Source: Promethearchaeum syntrophicum (GTDB lineage Archaea > Asgardarchaeota > Lokiarchaeia > Sigyniarchaeales > Promethearchaeaceae). From it: a stretch of DNA of 32,000 bases. The stretch is from assembly GCF_008000775.2 (NCBI RefSeq), contig NZ_CP042905.2, positions 1,680,001 through 1,712,000 of the forward strand. The letters run 5' to 3'. Both the position numbers and the translations under genes were made by a program. This document shows, in pieces, positions 19,353 through 28,926 of this stretch (the first letter of the stretch is position 1; each line of letters starts with the position of its first letter). The notes beneath the pieces were generated by a model that made no database searches, was not told the origin of the DNA, and saw only the letters and a program-made list of their open reading frames with translations.

Positions 19353-19736
19353 AATTTAATATATAATTCAGATTCTTCAATTGGAAATGAAATCAGAACA
19401 CTAACAAAATATCTTTCGGAAATGCAATCGGGAGAAAAAGTCTTTGTAGTCGATAAACAAGGAAATTTTTGTATTGTTTCTGTTGGAAGAGTTAAGATTG
19501 ATACATAACCTATGCTTCTAATTAATTTAGAAGTAAATAACCAAGAAAAACAGAATCAAAGAAAATTTTCTCTTAAAATTACTTTTCAAAATGCTGAGAA
19601 TGTAATGGTAATAAGAACAGATCGGTTAGCAATTTCAGTTTCCAAGTTATAATTAGGAGATGAAGTTCTGGTTATTTTATGTCTTGGAACCACTCACTTT
19701 GGAATAAAAATCAAAGAATATATCATTGAAAAATAG
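19353..19736 (+). pseudogene. 128-codon frame interrupted only by two in-frame TAA codons (decayed gene or three mini-ORFs)
   Basis: Hand translation of one frame: ...EIRTLTKYLSEMQSGEKVFVVDKQGNFCIVSVGRVKIDT, TAA (19506-19508), PMLLINLEVNNQEKQNQRKFSLKITFQNAENVMVIRTDRLAISVSKL, TAA (19650-19652), LGDEVLVILCLGTTHFGIKIKEYIIEK, TAG (19734-19736). In-frame ATGs at 19422, 19512 and 19605. Confidence 0.35.
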
Positions 19737-19772
19737 AATATAATAAAATGTAATAAAAATAAATCATAAATT

Positions 19773-20423
19773 CTAATTATTGAGCAAATTTCGACAGTAC
19801 TCCTTTATTTCATCGATTCCTCCTTTTAAAATCTCGTTTTCTTTTAACAAAAGCCGTGAAACATCTAATTTTATACTAATTAAATTTTCCAAATATTGAA
19901 GATTTTCTAATTTTTCTATTGGATTTCCCGTAAGATCCAAGAATTTTAGTCTTGAAAGATTAGGTAAAGCGGGGATTTCTTTGATCTCATTATAACCAAG
20001 ATTTAATGATTCGAGTTCTCTTAAATTTGCAAAATTTTCCATAGAATCTATTTTATTATAAGAAAAATCGGCAGATTTCAGAGCAGAAAGCTTCGGGAGA
20101 AGGGCTAATCCTGTAGAATCCAGGTGATTATCGCTTAAATTTAAGATTTGAAGATTTTCACACTGATCTAAAACCCGTAATTTCTTAATTTTGTTGGTTT
20201 GAAGTTGAAGTTTGTACAAGTTTGGAAATTTTGGTAAACTCCTCGGAATTGAAGCAAGTCCTGTTGAAATCATCTGAATTTCTACGACATGTCCATTTTC
20301 AATATTAAAATTAAACCCAAAAACATTACTTATTAAATCCATTAATCCTTTGATTAATCGATGCTCCTCTGTATCTGTGATTCCTTTCAGTTTTTCTCGC
20401 GGATCATAAAACCCCATTCTCAC
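19773..20423 (-). CDS. leucine-rich repeat (LRR) protein
   Basis: About six consecutive 22-residue LxxLxLxxN repeats (LQILNLSDNHLDS, LKSADFSYNKIDS, LESLNLGYNEIKEIP, LKFLDLTGNPIEKL). 216 aa with no signal peptide or TM segment visible. Confidence 0.8.
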   Translation of the reverse strand: MRMGFYDPREKLKGITDTEEHRLIKGLMDLISNVFGFNFNIENGHVVEIQMISTGLASIPRSLPKFPNLYKLQLQTNKIKKLRVLDQCENLQILNLSDNHLDSTGLALLPKLSALKSADFSYNKIDSMENFANLRELESLNLGYNEIKEIPALPNLSRLKFLDLTGNPIEKLENLQYLENLISIKLDVSRLLLKENEILKGGIDEIKEYCRNLLNN

Positions 20424-20494
20424 ACCGTCCTAATGTAACTTTAAAGAGATAATATTTTAAGGTTTATTTCAAAGATGTATATTTAGTGTTATAG

Positions 20495-22006
20495 ATGAAA
20501 AGCTTTGAAATTTTAGAAAAACTTGTCAAAAGTAAAATTGTGACCACCTTAGGACCTGCTTCAAGCTCAGAAGAAATGTTATTAAAACTAAGAGATCAAG
20601 GGGTTGATGTATTTCGTATAAATATGTCTCATGCATCCAAAGGTGGAAAAGAAGTGAAACAGCTTTTTAACCGAATAAGGAAAGTTACCCCCGAACTGGC
20701 AATTTTAATGGACATCCAAGGACCAAAAATCCGCATTGGAGAAATCGAGGGGGTAGTTATTTTAAAACACGGAGATACTTTCCGGTTATTCGAAAAAACC
20801 ATTGTTGGAAATAAAGAACAAGCATCCATTTCATACAAAGGTTTTCTTACTGATATTCAAATCGGAAATTTTATTTTTATCAATGACGGACTTGTCCGAT
20901 TGAAAGTTATTTCTAAAAACATGGATGAAGGTTATCTTCAAACTGAAGTTATAGCTGGCGGCCCTATTTCCTCCCGAAAAGGTGTTAATATTCCATCAGG
21001 TGCCCTTAGTACAAAAAATCCTACAGATAAAGATATACACGACTTAAAACTTATTGCATCTTTAATCCCAGAATATTTAGCCGCGTCATTCATTGCAAAT
21101 GCATCGGAAGTAAAAACAATCAGAGCTATGCTTGATAATGCAGGGGCTCCAAGTGTAAAAATTATTTCCAAAATTGAACGTCCTATTGCGCTAGATAATT
21201 TTGACGAAATCCTTGCGGTTTCCGATGGAATTATGGTTGCACGTGGAGACCTCGGTGTTGAAATTCCTGCTGAAGAAGTCCCGATAAGACAGAAAGAAAT
21301 GATAATGAAATGCAATCGTGCGAGTAAACCTGTAATCGTAGCTACTCAGATGTTGGAATCTATGATTAATAACCCTGTTCCCACTCGTGCTGAAGTCAAT
21401 GATGTCTTTAATGCAGTATATGATCGCAGTGATGCCGTTATGCTTTCGGGTGAAACTTCCGTTGGGAAATTTCCACTAGAAGCAGTAAAATATATGGATA
21501 AAATCATTTGTAAAGCTGAAAAATATATTCCTATAATAAATCCAAATGTTGTTGATTCAGAAGATCCAGAAATGTATGAAGCAGTTGGCCACGCCGTATA
21601 CCTCCTTGCCGAAAATTTCAAAGACATGAATTATCGGGGAAAAATTGTTATGTTTACCGGGGGTGGAAAATCAACCCGTAAAGCAGCAAAATACAGACCA
21701 GCTTTTCCTATTCTTGCCATCACCAATAAAAAAACTACTGCACGACAACTAAATTTGATATGGGGCGTTCATCCGTACTTGATCAAAGATTTAAAATTCG
21801 ATGAATGGAGTAGCGAAGAAATTATGCAAAATGGAATTAAAGCTCTTGTTGAATACGGAATCCTCGAATTAAGAGAACATGTAATTTGCACAATACCATC
21901 CAGAATTTCCCCTGTTAGATGCTCGATTATGGGTCTTTATTATGTTGAGGATATACTACGAGATATAGAAATTGAAACCAAAGAATATATTCCGGATTTT
22001 AAGTAA
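20495..22006 (+). CDS. pyk: pyruvate kinase
   Basis: KIVTTLGPAS, FRINMSHA, MDIQGPKIRIG, MVARGDLGVEIP and MLSGETSVGKFP are the canonical pyruvate kinase motifs, in order. 503 aa. Confidence 0.92.
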   Translation: MKSFEILEKLVKSKIVTTLGPASSSEEMLLKLRDQGVDVFRINMSHASKGGKEVKQLFNRIRKVTPELAILMDIQGPKIRIGEIEGVVILKHGDTFRLFEKTIVGNKEQASISYKGFLTDIQIGNFIFINDGLVRLKVISKNMDEGYLQTEVIAGGPISSRKGVNIPSGALSTKNPTDKDIHDLKLIASLIPEYLAASFIANASEVKTIRAMLDNAGAPSVKIISKIERPIALDNFDEILAVSDGIMVARGDLGVEIPAEEVPIRQKEMIMKCNRASKPVIVATQMLESMINNPVPTRAEVNDVFNAVYDRSDAVMLSGETSVGKFPLEAVKYMDKIICKAEKYIPIINPNVVDSEDPEMYEAVGHAVYLLAENFKDMNYRGKIVMFTGGGKSTRKAAKYRPAFPILAITNKKTTARQLNLIWGVHPYLIKDLKFDEWSSEEIMQNGIKALVEYGILELREHVICTIPSRISPVRCSIMGLYYVEDILRDIEIETKEYIPDFK

Positions 22007-22107
22007 TTGAGAAAATAAATATAATTTATGGTGGTAATCGGGATAAAAAAATAAAGTTTTTTATCAGAAAAATATATCTTTACTTAATTTACAACAAATT
22101 TTACAAA

Positions 22108-22389
22108 GTGAATAAAATGTCAGTCGAAAAAAAATGCGCAGTATGCGGTGGAACTGAATTCCGTGTTGTACAAGACGAATGGATGAAGAGAACCTTCAAA
22201 TTCGTTGAAAACGGCCAGCTAAACATGTGTACGGGCTGTGGAGCAAAATTCCTTGTTTGCCCTAATTGCGGTGGGCTATTGACACGAGTACATCCTGCCC
22301 TTGAGAAATGGGAAGTTGATGATACATGCAAAAATTGCGGCTACGAGGATAAAGCGATTAAAGCATGGGATGGCGTTGGCGCCCGATAA
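22108..22389 (+). CDS. 8-cysteine (4x CxxC) zinc-ribbon mini-protein, paralog A
   Basis: CAVCG..27 aa..CTGCGAKFLVCPNCGGLLTRVHPALEKWEVDDTCKNCG. Gap-free collinear with 28919..29197. About 47% GC by hand count, well above its neighbours. Confidence 0.7.
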   Translation: MNKMSVEKKCAVCGGTEFRVVQDEWMKRTFKFVENGQLNMCTGCGAKFLVCPNCGGLLTRVHPALEKWEVDDTCKNCGYEDKAIKAWDGVGAR

Positions 22390-22540
22390 AATCTTAAAAT
22401 TTTACAATAATCAAACGAATAACACGTATTTTTTTTTCCCTTAATTTTTTGTTAAAAATTCGATTATGTTTTCAAAGCGAAAAGAAATGAAAACATATAA
22501 AAATACAATATTCTTTTTTATATATTGAGATATTGTACAG

Positions 22541-23491
22541 ATGCATGACAAAAATAGTAAACCCGACAAGGAGAACTCTGCGGAGGTCTTAAATAACCGA
22601 TCAGATACCGAAATGAAACGCGCAAGTGATCGAAAGATCAAATGGATCAAGTTTTGGGTCGGAACAATGAAATATGTAATGGTTCTTCCCATAACTGTCG
22701 GTGTTATTGCTCCAATGATTTTTTATTTAGCTCCAATCGCCTTTGCTGGAATATATGTTGTTTTACAACTTACAGGGAGTGCATTTCTCGTTAGACTCAA
22801 TATTTTTCAGAGTTCTTATTTTTTTATAATCCTTGGAATATTTATTCAATTCGCAGGAATTATATTCACAGTCGGGGGAATGGGGCAAATTATCCTTTTT
22901 CGATACCGAAAAAAGAAAACTTTGGTTAAATCTCATTTCTATAAAAAAATTCGGCATCCTCAAAGTGTTGGGATAATTTTATTCATATTTGGGATGGTAA
23001 CTTGGGTCTTTGGCTTAACAGAAATTGTAGGTGTGTGGGCATTATTCTGGGTCTTTTATTTTTTTCTTCGCATGGAAGCTTACATCGAAGAGTATTTTCT
23101 GATCCAGAAATACAAGGATGAGTACATCATGTATATTAAATTAACCGGATTTTTTCTCCCTCAGACGGGAATAACACTATTTTCACGTAATGGATGGACT
23201 GGTAATCCTCAAAAATATCTCTTTAAAAAAATTTTTTGGAATTTATTGAGCTTGCTCTTAGTTTTGACTTTGATATTCGTTGGATGTTTATTATTTATAC
23301 ATTTTACAGATGCTTCTCTTCCAGTAATGTATGATACATGGAATAAACCAAGTTTTTACCCGAATAATTATATAATTTTGGAATGCATTGCAATCAGCCC
23401 CATATTTATTTTTTGGGTGTATTTCGTTGTGGTTTTCCTTAAAAAGCATCGAAAACAAGGAGAAAGCATTCTATCTTCAAACAATGGGTAA
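22541..23491 (+). CDS. membrane methyltransferase-like protein (ICMT / phospholipid methyltransferase family)
   Basis: Polytopic. LVKSHFYKKIRHPQSVGIILFIFG ... RMEAYIEEYFLIQKYKDEYIMYIKLT follows the G-x-Y-x-x-x-RHP-x-Y and EE-x-x-L-x-x-x-(F/Y)G-x-x-Y-x-x-Y pattern of ICMT-family enzymes. The start codon is uncertain. Confidence 0.55.
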   Translation: MHDKNSKPDKENSAEVLNNRSDTEMKRASDRKIKWIKFWVGTMKYVMVLPITVGVIAPMIFYLAPIAFAGIYVVLQLTGSAFLVRLNIFQSSYFFIILGIFIQFAGIIFTVGGMGQIILFRYRKKKTLVKSHFYKKIRHPQSVGIILFIFGMVTWVFGLTEIVGVWALFWVFYFFLRMEAYIEEYFLIQKYKDEYIMYIKLTGFFLPQTGITLFSRNGWTGNPQKYLFKKIFWNLLSLLLVLTLIFVGCLLFIHFTDASLPVMYDTWNKPSFYPNNYIILECIAISPIFIFWVYFVVVFLKKHRKQGESILSSNNG

Positions 23492-23636
23492 TTTTTGGTT
23501 AAGATTCTCACATTTATAATATAGGCTATCAAATAGAATCTCCTCTCTTTTTATGACTCTGAAATATAAGTTTTTTTACTTAAATCTAATTCCTTTAAAG
23601 AATTGAATTTATATCGATTACCACGGTGAATTTGGT

Positions 23637-24104
23637 ATGAAAAAGAAACTTCTCCTCTTCATTATCATCGGAGGAATTATCATTGGTGGTGGTAGTCTCG
23701 GTGTTTATTATTATTTAAATCCATTAGGTACAGGGAACCAATCTGTGGTTTCTGGAACCATTCTATCCGAGAGAACATTAATTGATATGGACTCTTCTCA
23801 TAAAGGGTCTGGAACTGTACACGTTGTGGAGATAGACTCCGATACGATAGAATTACAATATATTAATGTAGAAATTACAAACGGACCTGATTTATTTGTC
23901 TATCTTTCGAAAACAGAGTCATTTTCTCATACTGATGATCCTATAGGTACATTTGTCAATTTGGGTGAACTAACCTACAATTCGGGGAATTTTACTTATA
24001 CCATTCAATCCAGTGTCCAATTGGACGATTATCACTCAGTTGTTATTTATTGTAGGCAATATAGCGTAATTTTCGCATATGCAGCATTAAACTCAACCGA
24101 ATAA
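23637..24104 (+). CDS. DM13-domain protein with N-terminal membrane anchor/signal
   Basis: N-terminal KKKLLLFIIIGGIIIGGG anchor. SSHKGSGTVHVVEIDSDTIELQYINVEITNGPDLFVYLSK matches the DM13 core (H-x-x-SG ... NGPDL-x-VYL). Confidence 0.55.
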   Translation: MKKKLLLFIIIGGIIIGGGSLGVYYYLNPLGTGNQSVVSGTILSERTLIDMDSSHKGSGTVHVVEIDSDTIELQYINVEITNGPDLFVYLSKTESFSHTDDPIGTFVNLGELTYNSGNFTYTIQSSVQLDDYHSVVIYCRQYSVIFAYAALNSTE

Positions 24105-24113
24105 AGCTCTCGC

Positions 24114-24124
24114 TTTTTTAAAAA
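24114..24124. terminator. T6/A5 tract between convergent genes (possible bidirectional oligo-T terminator)
   Basis: cgcTTTTTTAAAAAt lies between the DM13 gene stop (24104) and the ABC gene stop (24138). Confidence 0.3.
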
Positions 24125-24137
24125 TATTCATATAATT

Positions 24138-25946
24138 CTAACTTAAATGTAATTCTTGCCATTCTAAACTTTGATGAGCGAAGTATTGGGTGTAAAGGGT
24201 AGCGTATTTTCCCTTTTGGTTAAGTAATGTTTCATGTGTTCCTTCTTCAACGATTTTGCCATGGTCCATTACAATTATCCTATCTGAGTTGATAATTGTT
24301 GACAATCGATGGGCAATAATAATAGATGTTCTATTTTCTAAGATTTTTTCGAGAGCTTCTTGAATCATGGCTTCAGTATAAGCATCTACACTCGAAGTGG
24401 CTTCGTCTAAAATTAAAACTTTCGGATCAAGTAGAATAGCTCGAGCAAAACTGATTAGTTGGCGCTGTCCTACGGAGAGGTTCTTTCCCCGTTCACCAAT
24501 ATGAGTATTGATACCGTCTGGAAGATTATTAATAAAATCTTGGGCTTGCACAATTTTGATCACCCGTAAAATACCCTCATCAGAAGCATCTTGGCGGCCG
24601 TAACGGATATTATCAGCAATCGTCCCTGGGAAAAGATACACATCTTGTTCAACTTTTCCCATAAATTTTCGAAAAGAATCCAATGTAAAACTTCTGATAT
24701 TTTTTCCGTCAAATTGTATTTGCCCTCCTTGAAATTCATAATATCTTGCTAATAATGCGACAAGTGATGTTTTTCCCGCACCAGTATGACCAACAATAGC
24801 TAATTTTTCTCCCGCAGCAATGTCCAAATTCAGATCGTCGAAAACTATATGCTCGTCATTATAAGCAAATCGTATATTTTGAAGAGAAATTTTTCCTTTT
24901 AATTGTTTTAAGGGAATTGGGTTCTTTTGTTGGGTTACTCGAGGTTTTGCATCGAGTATTCCTAAAATACGTTCATAAGAAGCCATTCCCGCACTTAATT
25001 CTGGGAAAAATCGACCTAAAAACATGATCGGTCTAAACAAATTTTGTAAATATAGAACAAACATAACTAAAGCACCCACCGATAATTGATCATTTAAAAT
25101 CGAGTTTACACCGAAATAAAACACTAAACATAAGATTATTGAAGTAATTGTGTTAATTAATGGTCTCCAAAAGTGAGTGACTGCAGTTAATCGCATCCAA
25201 GATCGAAAATATTCTTGGTTAATGTCTTCAAATTGTTGAGATATATTATGTTCCTGCCCGAAACTTTTGGAAATTTGTATTCCTTCGATGGCTTCTACCA
25301 TCGCAGAGCTGACATTTCCTATTGACTTACGATAAGCTACACTCACTTTTTTTGCTAATTTTCTTAAACTAAACATTAATAAGAACAAAACAGGAATTCC
25401 TGCCATAGTAATTAATGCTAATCGAAAATTGTATGAAATAAGAATTACAAATGTGAATATACTGATAACTACATTTCCTAACATGTTACTGATTAACACA
25501 GCCGTATTACTGAAATCTAAAGTATCATTGACAATAATACTATTAACTTTTCCACTCATGTGCTCATCGAAAAAGGTCATGTCTTGTTCTTGCACTTTTT
25601 GAAATAATGCAAGTCGCAAATTTTCAAGAAAATGTGGAATATATTTTCCCAATTGTACCCTTTGCAAGGAAAATGAAACCCAATTTAAAAGATAAAACCC
25701 TAAATATGACAAACCAGCAATAAGTATCAGATTATATCTTGGATTTTCTAAAAGAAACTCATCTGAAATAAACCCAACTAATAAAGGATTAATTAGATCC
25801 GCTATTGCCTGAATAATTATAAATAATGCAATAAGGAATATATTTTTCTTAAATGGTTTTAAATGATAAATATAGCGCTTAAATAGCTCCCGATCAGTAT
25901 ATTCCCTCTGCTTCTTATCAGCCATTATACTACGGAATATCCCCAT
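24138..25946 (-). CDS. ABC exporter, fused permease/ATPase half-transporter (type I exporter fold)
   Basis: Six-TM N-terminal domain, Walker A GHTGAGKTS, signature LSVGQRQ, Walker B LILDEATSSVD, H-loop IIAHRL. I prefer the start at MGIFRS (ATG 25944-25946). It is preceded by GGAGGGG and sits 1 nt after the upstream gene's stop. The track start at 26000 would overlap. Confidence 0.9.
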   Translation of the reverse strand: MGIFRSIMADKKQREYTDRELFKRYIYHLKPFKKNIFLIALFIIIQAIADLINPLLVGFISDEFLLENPRYNLILIAGLSYLGFYLLNWVSFSLQRVQLGKYIPHFLENLRLALFQKVQEQDMTFFDEHMSGKVNSIIVNDTLDFSNTAVLISNMLGNVVISIFTFVILISYNFRLALITMAGIPVLFLLMFSLRKLAKKVSVAYRKSIGNVSSAMVEAIEGIQISKSFGQEHNISQQFEDINQEYFRSWMRLTAVTHFWRPLINTITSIILCLVFYFGVNSILNDQLSVGALVMFVLYLQNLFRPIMFLGRFFPELSAGMASYERILGILDAKPRVTQQKNPIPLKQLKGKISLQNIRFAYNDEHIVFDDLNLDIAAGEKLAIVGHTGAGKTSLVALLARYYEFQGGQIQFDGKNIRSFTLDSFRKFMGKVEQDVYLFPGTIADNIRYGRQDASDEGILRVIKIVQAQDFINNLPDGINTHIGERGKNLSVGQRQLISFARAILLDPKVLILDEATSSVDAYTEAMIQEALEKILENRTSIIIAHRLSTIINSDRIIVMDHGKIVEEGTHETLLNQKGKYATLYTQYFAHQSLEWQELHLS

Positions 25947-25947
25947 C

Positions 25948-27732
25948 TTAAGTGTTCCCCTCCAATTTATTTTTTTCTTGATATATCGTTTGGTTTCCAA
26001 AAATTTTACTATAATCTGTTGAAGTTTTTAGTAAGAAGTCATGATCTCCTTGGGCAACAATCTCTCCATTTTTCAGAACTAAGATTAAATCTGATGTTCT
26101 AATTGTATGTAATCGGTGAGTTATGATTAGAGTGGTTCGATTTTTTAGAATGTTAGAGATTGCTTTTCCAATTTTTTCTTCAGTTTCGCTATCAATTGCT
26201 GACATGGAATCATCTAATATGAGGATATCTGGATCAGTCAGAAACGCTCGAGCAATAGCGATTCGTTGTTTTTCACCTCCAGAAAGACGAGTACCCCGTT
26301 CTCCGACGATTGTTTTATATTCTAAAGGTAATGTTCTAACAAAATCATGTACATGCGCTAATTTCGCAACTTTAAGCACTTCTTCATGATTGGCTTCGGG
26401 ATTTCCAAATTTTATGTTTTCTTCGATTGAATGTGAGAAAAGGAATACATCTTGTTCAATTAAACCAATATTTTGGCGTACATTTTTAAGGGGAAAATCA
26501 TGAATATTCTGATCATCAAGCAATATTTCCCCTTTATCTGGCCTATATAACCTAAGCAATAATTTTGCTAACGTGGTCTTCCCACAACCAGTTGGACCTA
26601 CTAAAGCAACCTTTTGATTTGGTTTAATTGAAAAATTTAGATTTTTTAAAACTACAGGATTTCTTCCATTATTATTCGGATATGTAAACGATACATTTTT
26701 AAATTCAATTTTTCCTTGAAAAGTGCTTGTAGGTAGTATTCCTTCTTTAAGTGAAGATTCTACTTTTCCCGTAACAATATTTGAGAAAAGTCGTTCGCTA
26801 GCACCAAATCCTCCAATCATATCTTTTGTTGCCCAAAAGATCATTTCAGTCGGTTGAATCAATGTGAGAAGGAGCAAATTAATCGCGGTTAATTCACCAA
26901 TGGTCATCATATTTCTTTGAATAAGAAAGCAACCATAAACAAAAGATGTTCCGATTGCAGCATAGATTACTAATAAAGGAAAAAATTTGGCTTGAACTCG
27001 ATTTTCACCTAACCAGTTCTCCCGATATGCTTTTACAACTTCTTTAAATTTTCTTATTTCAATTGGCTCTGCGCAAAATGCTCGGGTTATTTGAATCCCA
27101 TTTAAAGATTCTTGTAGAGCAACCGTTACTTCAGCATGTTTTGAAAGAGCTTGTTTAGAAAAAGGAGTTAATTTCTTTCTATATTGAAGGACAAAATAAA
27201 CATATACCACAATAAAGGGAAATAATAATAAAGCCATGCGATAATTAAATGATTGGTATGATAAACCAATAGCAATTATACTTTGAATAAAGGGATAAAT
27301 ATAAAAACTCCCATGAGCAATCATTGTATTGATCACTCGTAGATCATTGGTTGCTAAAGCTTGCAAATCACCTGTTTTTACTTGATCGTGGAATTTAAGA
27401 GGTTTTTGCTGTACTGTCTCAAAAAATTCTCTACGCATACTCATTTCAGTTTTCGATCCAAGATTATGGCCTATCATCCAGGTTGCATACTCAATAATAT
27501 TTCTGATTATATACATTCCAAATAGGACGCTAACCATTAATATTAAATTTCCACTGAAATTTGGGTCAATGATAGAATCTAAAATAGATCCAATCCGTAC
27601 CGGGATAATTACACGAGAAAATGTCACAGCAATGATGCCAATCAGATTTAATATCAAAAGGACTGGATGATGCCAAATATGAATAAAGAGCCAGCGACTG
27701 TAATCTTTAGTTGAGATATTATTGATACTCAT
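25948..27732 (-). CDS. ABC exporter, fused permease/ATPase half-transporter (partner subunit)
   Basis: Walker A GPTGCGKTT, signature LSGGEKQR, Walker B LILDDSMSAID, H-loop IITHRL. I prefer the start at MSINN (27732), preceded by GAGGAAG. The track start at 27792 is an alternative. Confidence 0.9.
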   Translation of the reverse strand: MSINNISTKDYSRWLFIHIWHHPVLLILNLIGIIAVTFSRVIIPVRIGSILDSIIDPNFSGNLILMVSVLFGMYIIRNIIEYATWMIGHNLGSKTEMSMRREFFETVQQKPLKFHDQVKTGDLQALATNDLRVINTMIAHGSFYIYPFIQSIIAIGLSYQSFNYRMALLLFPFIVVYVYFVLQYRKKLTPFSKQALSKHAEVTVALQESLNGIQITRAFCAEPIEIRKFKEVVKAYRENWLGENRVQAKFFPLLVIYAAIGTSFVYGCFLIQRNMMTIGELTAINLLLLTLIQPTEMIFWATKDMIGGFGASERLFSNIVTGKVESSLKEGILPTSTFQGKIEFKNVSFTYPNNNGRNPVVLKNLNFSIKPNQKVALVGPTGCGKTTLAKLLLRLYRPDKGEILLDDQNIHDFPLKNVRQNIGLIEQDVFLFSHSIEENIKFGNPEANHEEVLKVAKLAHVHDFVRTLPLEYKTIVGERGTRLSGGEKQRIAIARAFLTDPDILILDDSMSAIDSETEEKIGKAISNILKNRTTLIITHRLHTIRTSDLILVLKNGEIVAQGDHDFLLKTSTDYSKIFGNQTIYQEKNKLEGNT

Positions 27733-27861
27733 TAAATTTCTTCCTCGCACTAAATGGAAAAAAGTTTGGGTTATTAAAAAACATTGGAACATGAACTAAT
27801 CTAAATTTCCAGGAAGATACTCAGATGGACTTTTAAAAGAAGAATATTATTAAAAAAAGTT

Positions 27862-28317
27862 TTACTTTAAGTCTGCGCCGCAAATACCACAGAACTTCGC
27901 ATTATAATTATTTTGTGATCCACATACGGGACAAATGGTTGTATTTTTATTAGGTATAGTTGTGTTTCCCCCAGGATAAACAGGTTTGGGTTGAGTTTGT
28001 TGAGGAGGTTGACTTTGAGGTTGACTATAAATTGGTTGCGGCCGTCCATATACTTGGTTTTGATGACTATTGAATGATGGTTGTTGAAAATTATTTTCTT
28101 CATTGGGATGATTTGATGCGGTGATCAAGTATATTATCCCACCAATGCAAACCCCACAGCAGCATGTTAATGCTATAAACATTGTAGGTTCCATACCGCG
28201 CTTTTGGCAATCTTTTGCAATAAATACAGCAATACCAATTCTAATTATGGTAATAATTATAGTTGGAAGAAAAGTCATTAATGAAAAACCATAAGGGAGA
28301 AATTCTTGAAAAATCAT
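27862..28317 (-). CDS. small membrane protein with Q/P-rich linker and C-terminal zinc ribbon
   Basis: Two hydrophobic segments, then a linker QQPSFNSHQNQVYGRPQPIYSQPQSQPPQQTQPKPVYPGG, then CPVCGSQNNYNAKFCGICGADLK. Confidence 0.65.
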   Translation of the reverse strand: MIFQEFLPYGFSLMTFLPTIIITIIRIGIAVFIAKDCQKRGMEPTMFIALTCCCGVCIGGIIYLITASNHPNEENNFQQPSFNSHQNQVYGRPQPIYSQPQSQPPQQTQPKPVYPGGNTTIPNKNTTICPVCGSQNNYNAKFCGICGADLK

Positions 28318-28377
28318 AAGAAATTATTAAAATTCCGCATTAAAAAAATTTTTTATTTTTTCTGCGATCTTTTAGAT

Positions 28378-28926
28378 ATGAATAAGTTTTTTTCACGATC
28401 TAAAGAATTCTTAAAAAATTACGGATCTTTATTTCTTTCTCATCATCCTTCGTGTTCCCAATATCAAAACCATACAATAAACATCTCTAAAATACGTTTA
28501 TGTATTGGATGTTTCATTGGATATCCAAGCGCGCTTCTTTCAATTTTCGTGGGAATATATTTTATTTATCCAGCAATTACTCAAAAATTTTATATATTAT
28601 TTTTTGGTGTCTTTCTGTTTTTATCTCAATTCTTAAGTTTAACAAAACTCACTGAGATAAAATCTATCAAAATCATACAAAAATTTCTCATGGGTTTCGG
28701 CGTTGGCCAAGTTTTAGTGGTGAGTTATTATTGGATTCAAGGACCAGTTTTACTAAAAATAATTGGTGTTTGGAGTGTCATTCTTCTTTTTATGGGACCA
28801 ATTAGTCTTATGCATTACCTGAATATGCGTAATACTTGTGAAAATTGCCTTGATCGTGGAATTTCTAGGGATTGTATATATTCTAAAACTAAAAAAACAG
28901 GAGAAGATGTTGTTAATAATGAGTAA
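28378..28926 (+). CDS. polytopic membrane protein with Cys/His motifs (DUF2085-like pattern)
   Basis: SHHPSCSQYQNH...RLCIGCFIGYP before the first TM, and CENCLDRGISRDC at the C-terminus. The start at MNKFF (28378) is preferred because 28306 overlaps the divergent gene. The family assignment is tentative. Confidence 0.5.
   Translation: MNKFFSRSKEFLKNYGSLFLSHHPSCSQYQNHTINISKIRLCIGCFIGYPSALLSIFVGIYFIYPAITQKFYILFFGVFLFLSQFLSLTKLTEIKSIKIIQKFLMGFGVGQVLVVSYYWIQGPVLLKIIGVWSVILLFMGPISLMHYLNMRNTCENCLDRGISRDCIYSKTKKTGEDVVNNE

Noticed and set aside
20629-21627. Minus-strand ORFs 20629..20838, 20938..21315 and 21346..21627
   Set aside because: All lie antisense within the well-supported pyruvate kinase gene and have no motifs.
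22441-22963. Minus-strand ORFs 22441..22692 and 22763..22963
   Set aside because: They overlap the 5' part of the ICMT-like membrane gene on the opposite strand. No motifs and no plausible promoter spacing.
25947-26000. Track start at 26000 for the downstream ABC gene, and start at 27792 for the upstream one
   Set aside because: The 26000 start would overlap the upstream ABC gene by 53 nt. Internal ATGs at 25946 and 27732 are each preceded by purine-rich GGAGG-like sequences and give normal N-terminal lengths before TM1.
28838-28918. Upstream extension of the zinc-ribbon paralog B ORF (track start 28838)
   Set aside because: The extension (MKIALIVEFLGIVYILKLKKQEKMLLI) lies entirely inside the preceding membrane-protein gene in another frame. 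Paralog A has only 9 residues before the first Cys, so the ATG at 28919 is preferred.
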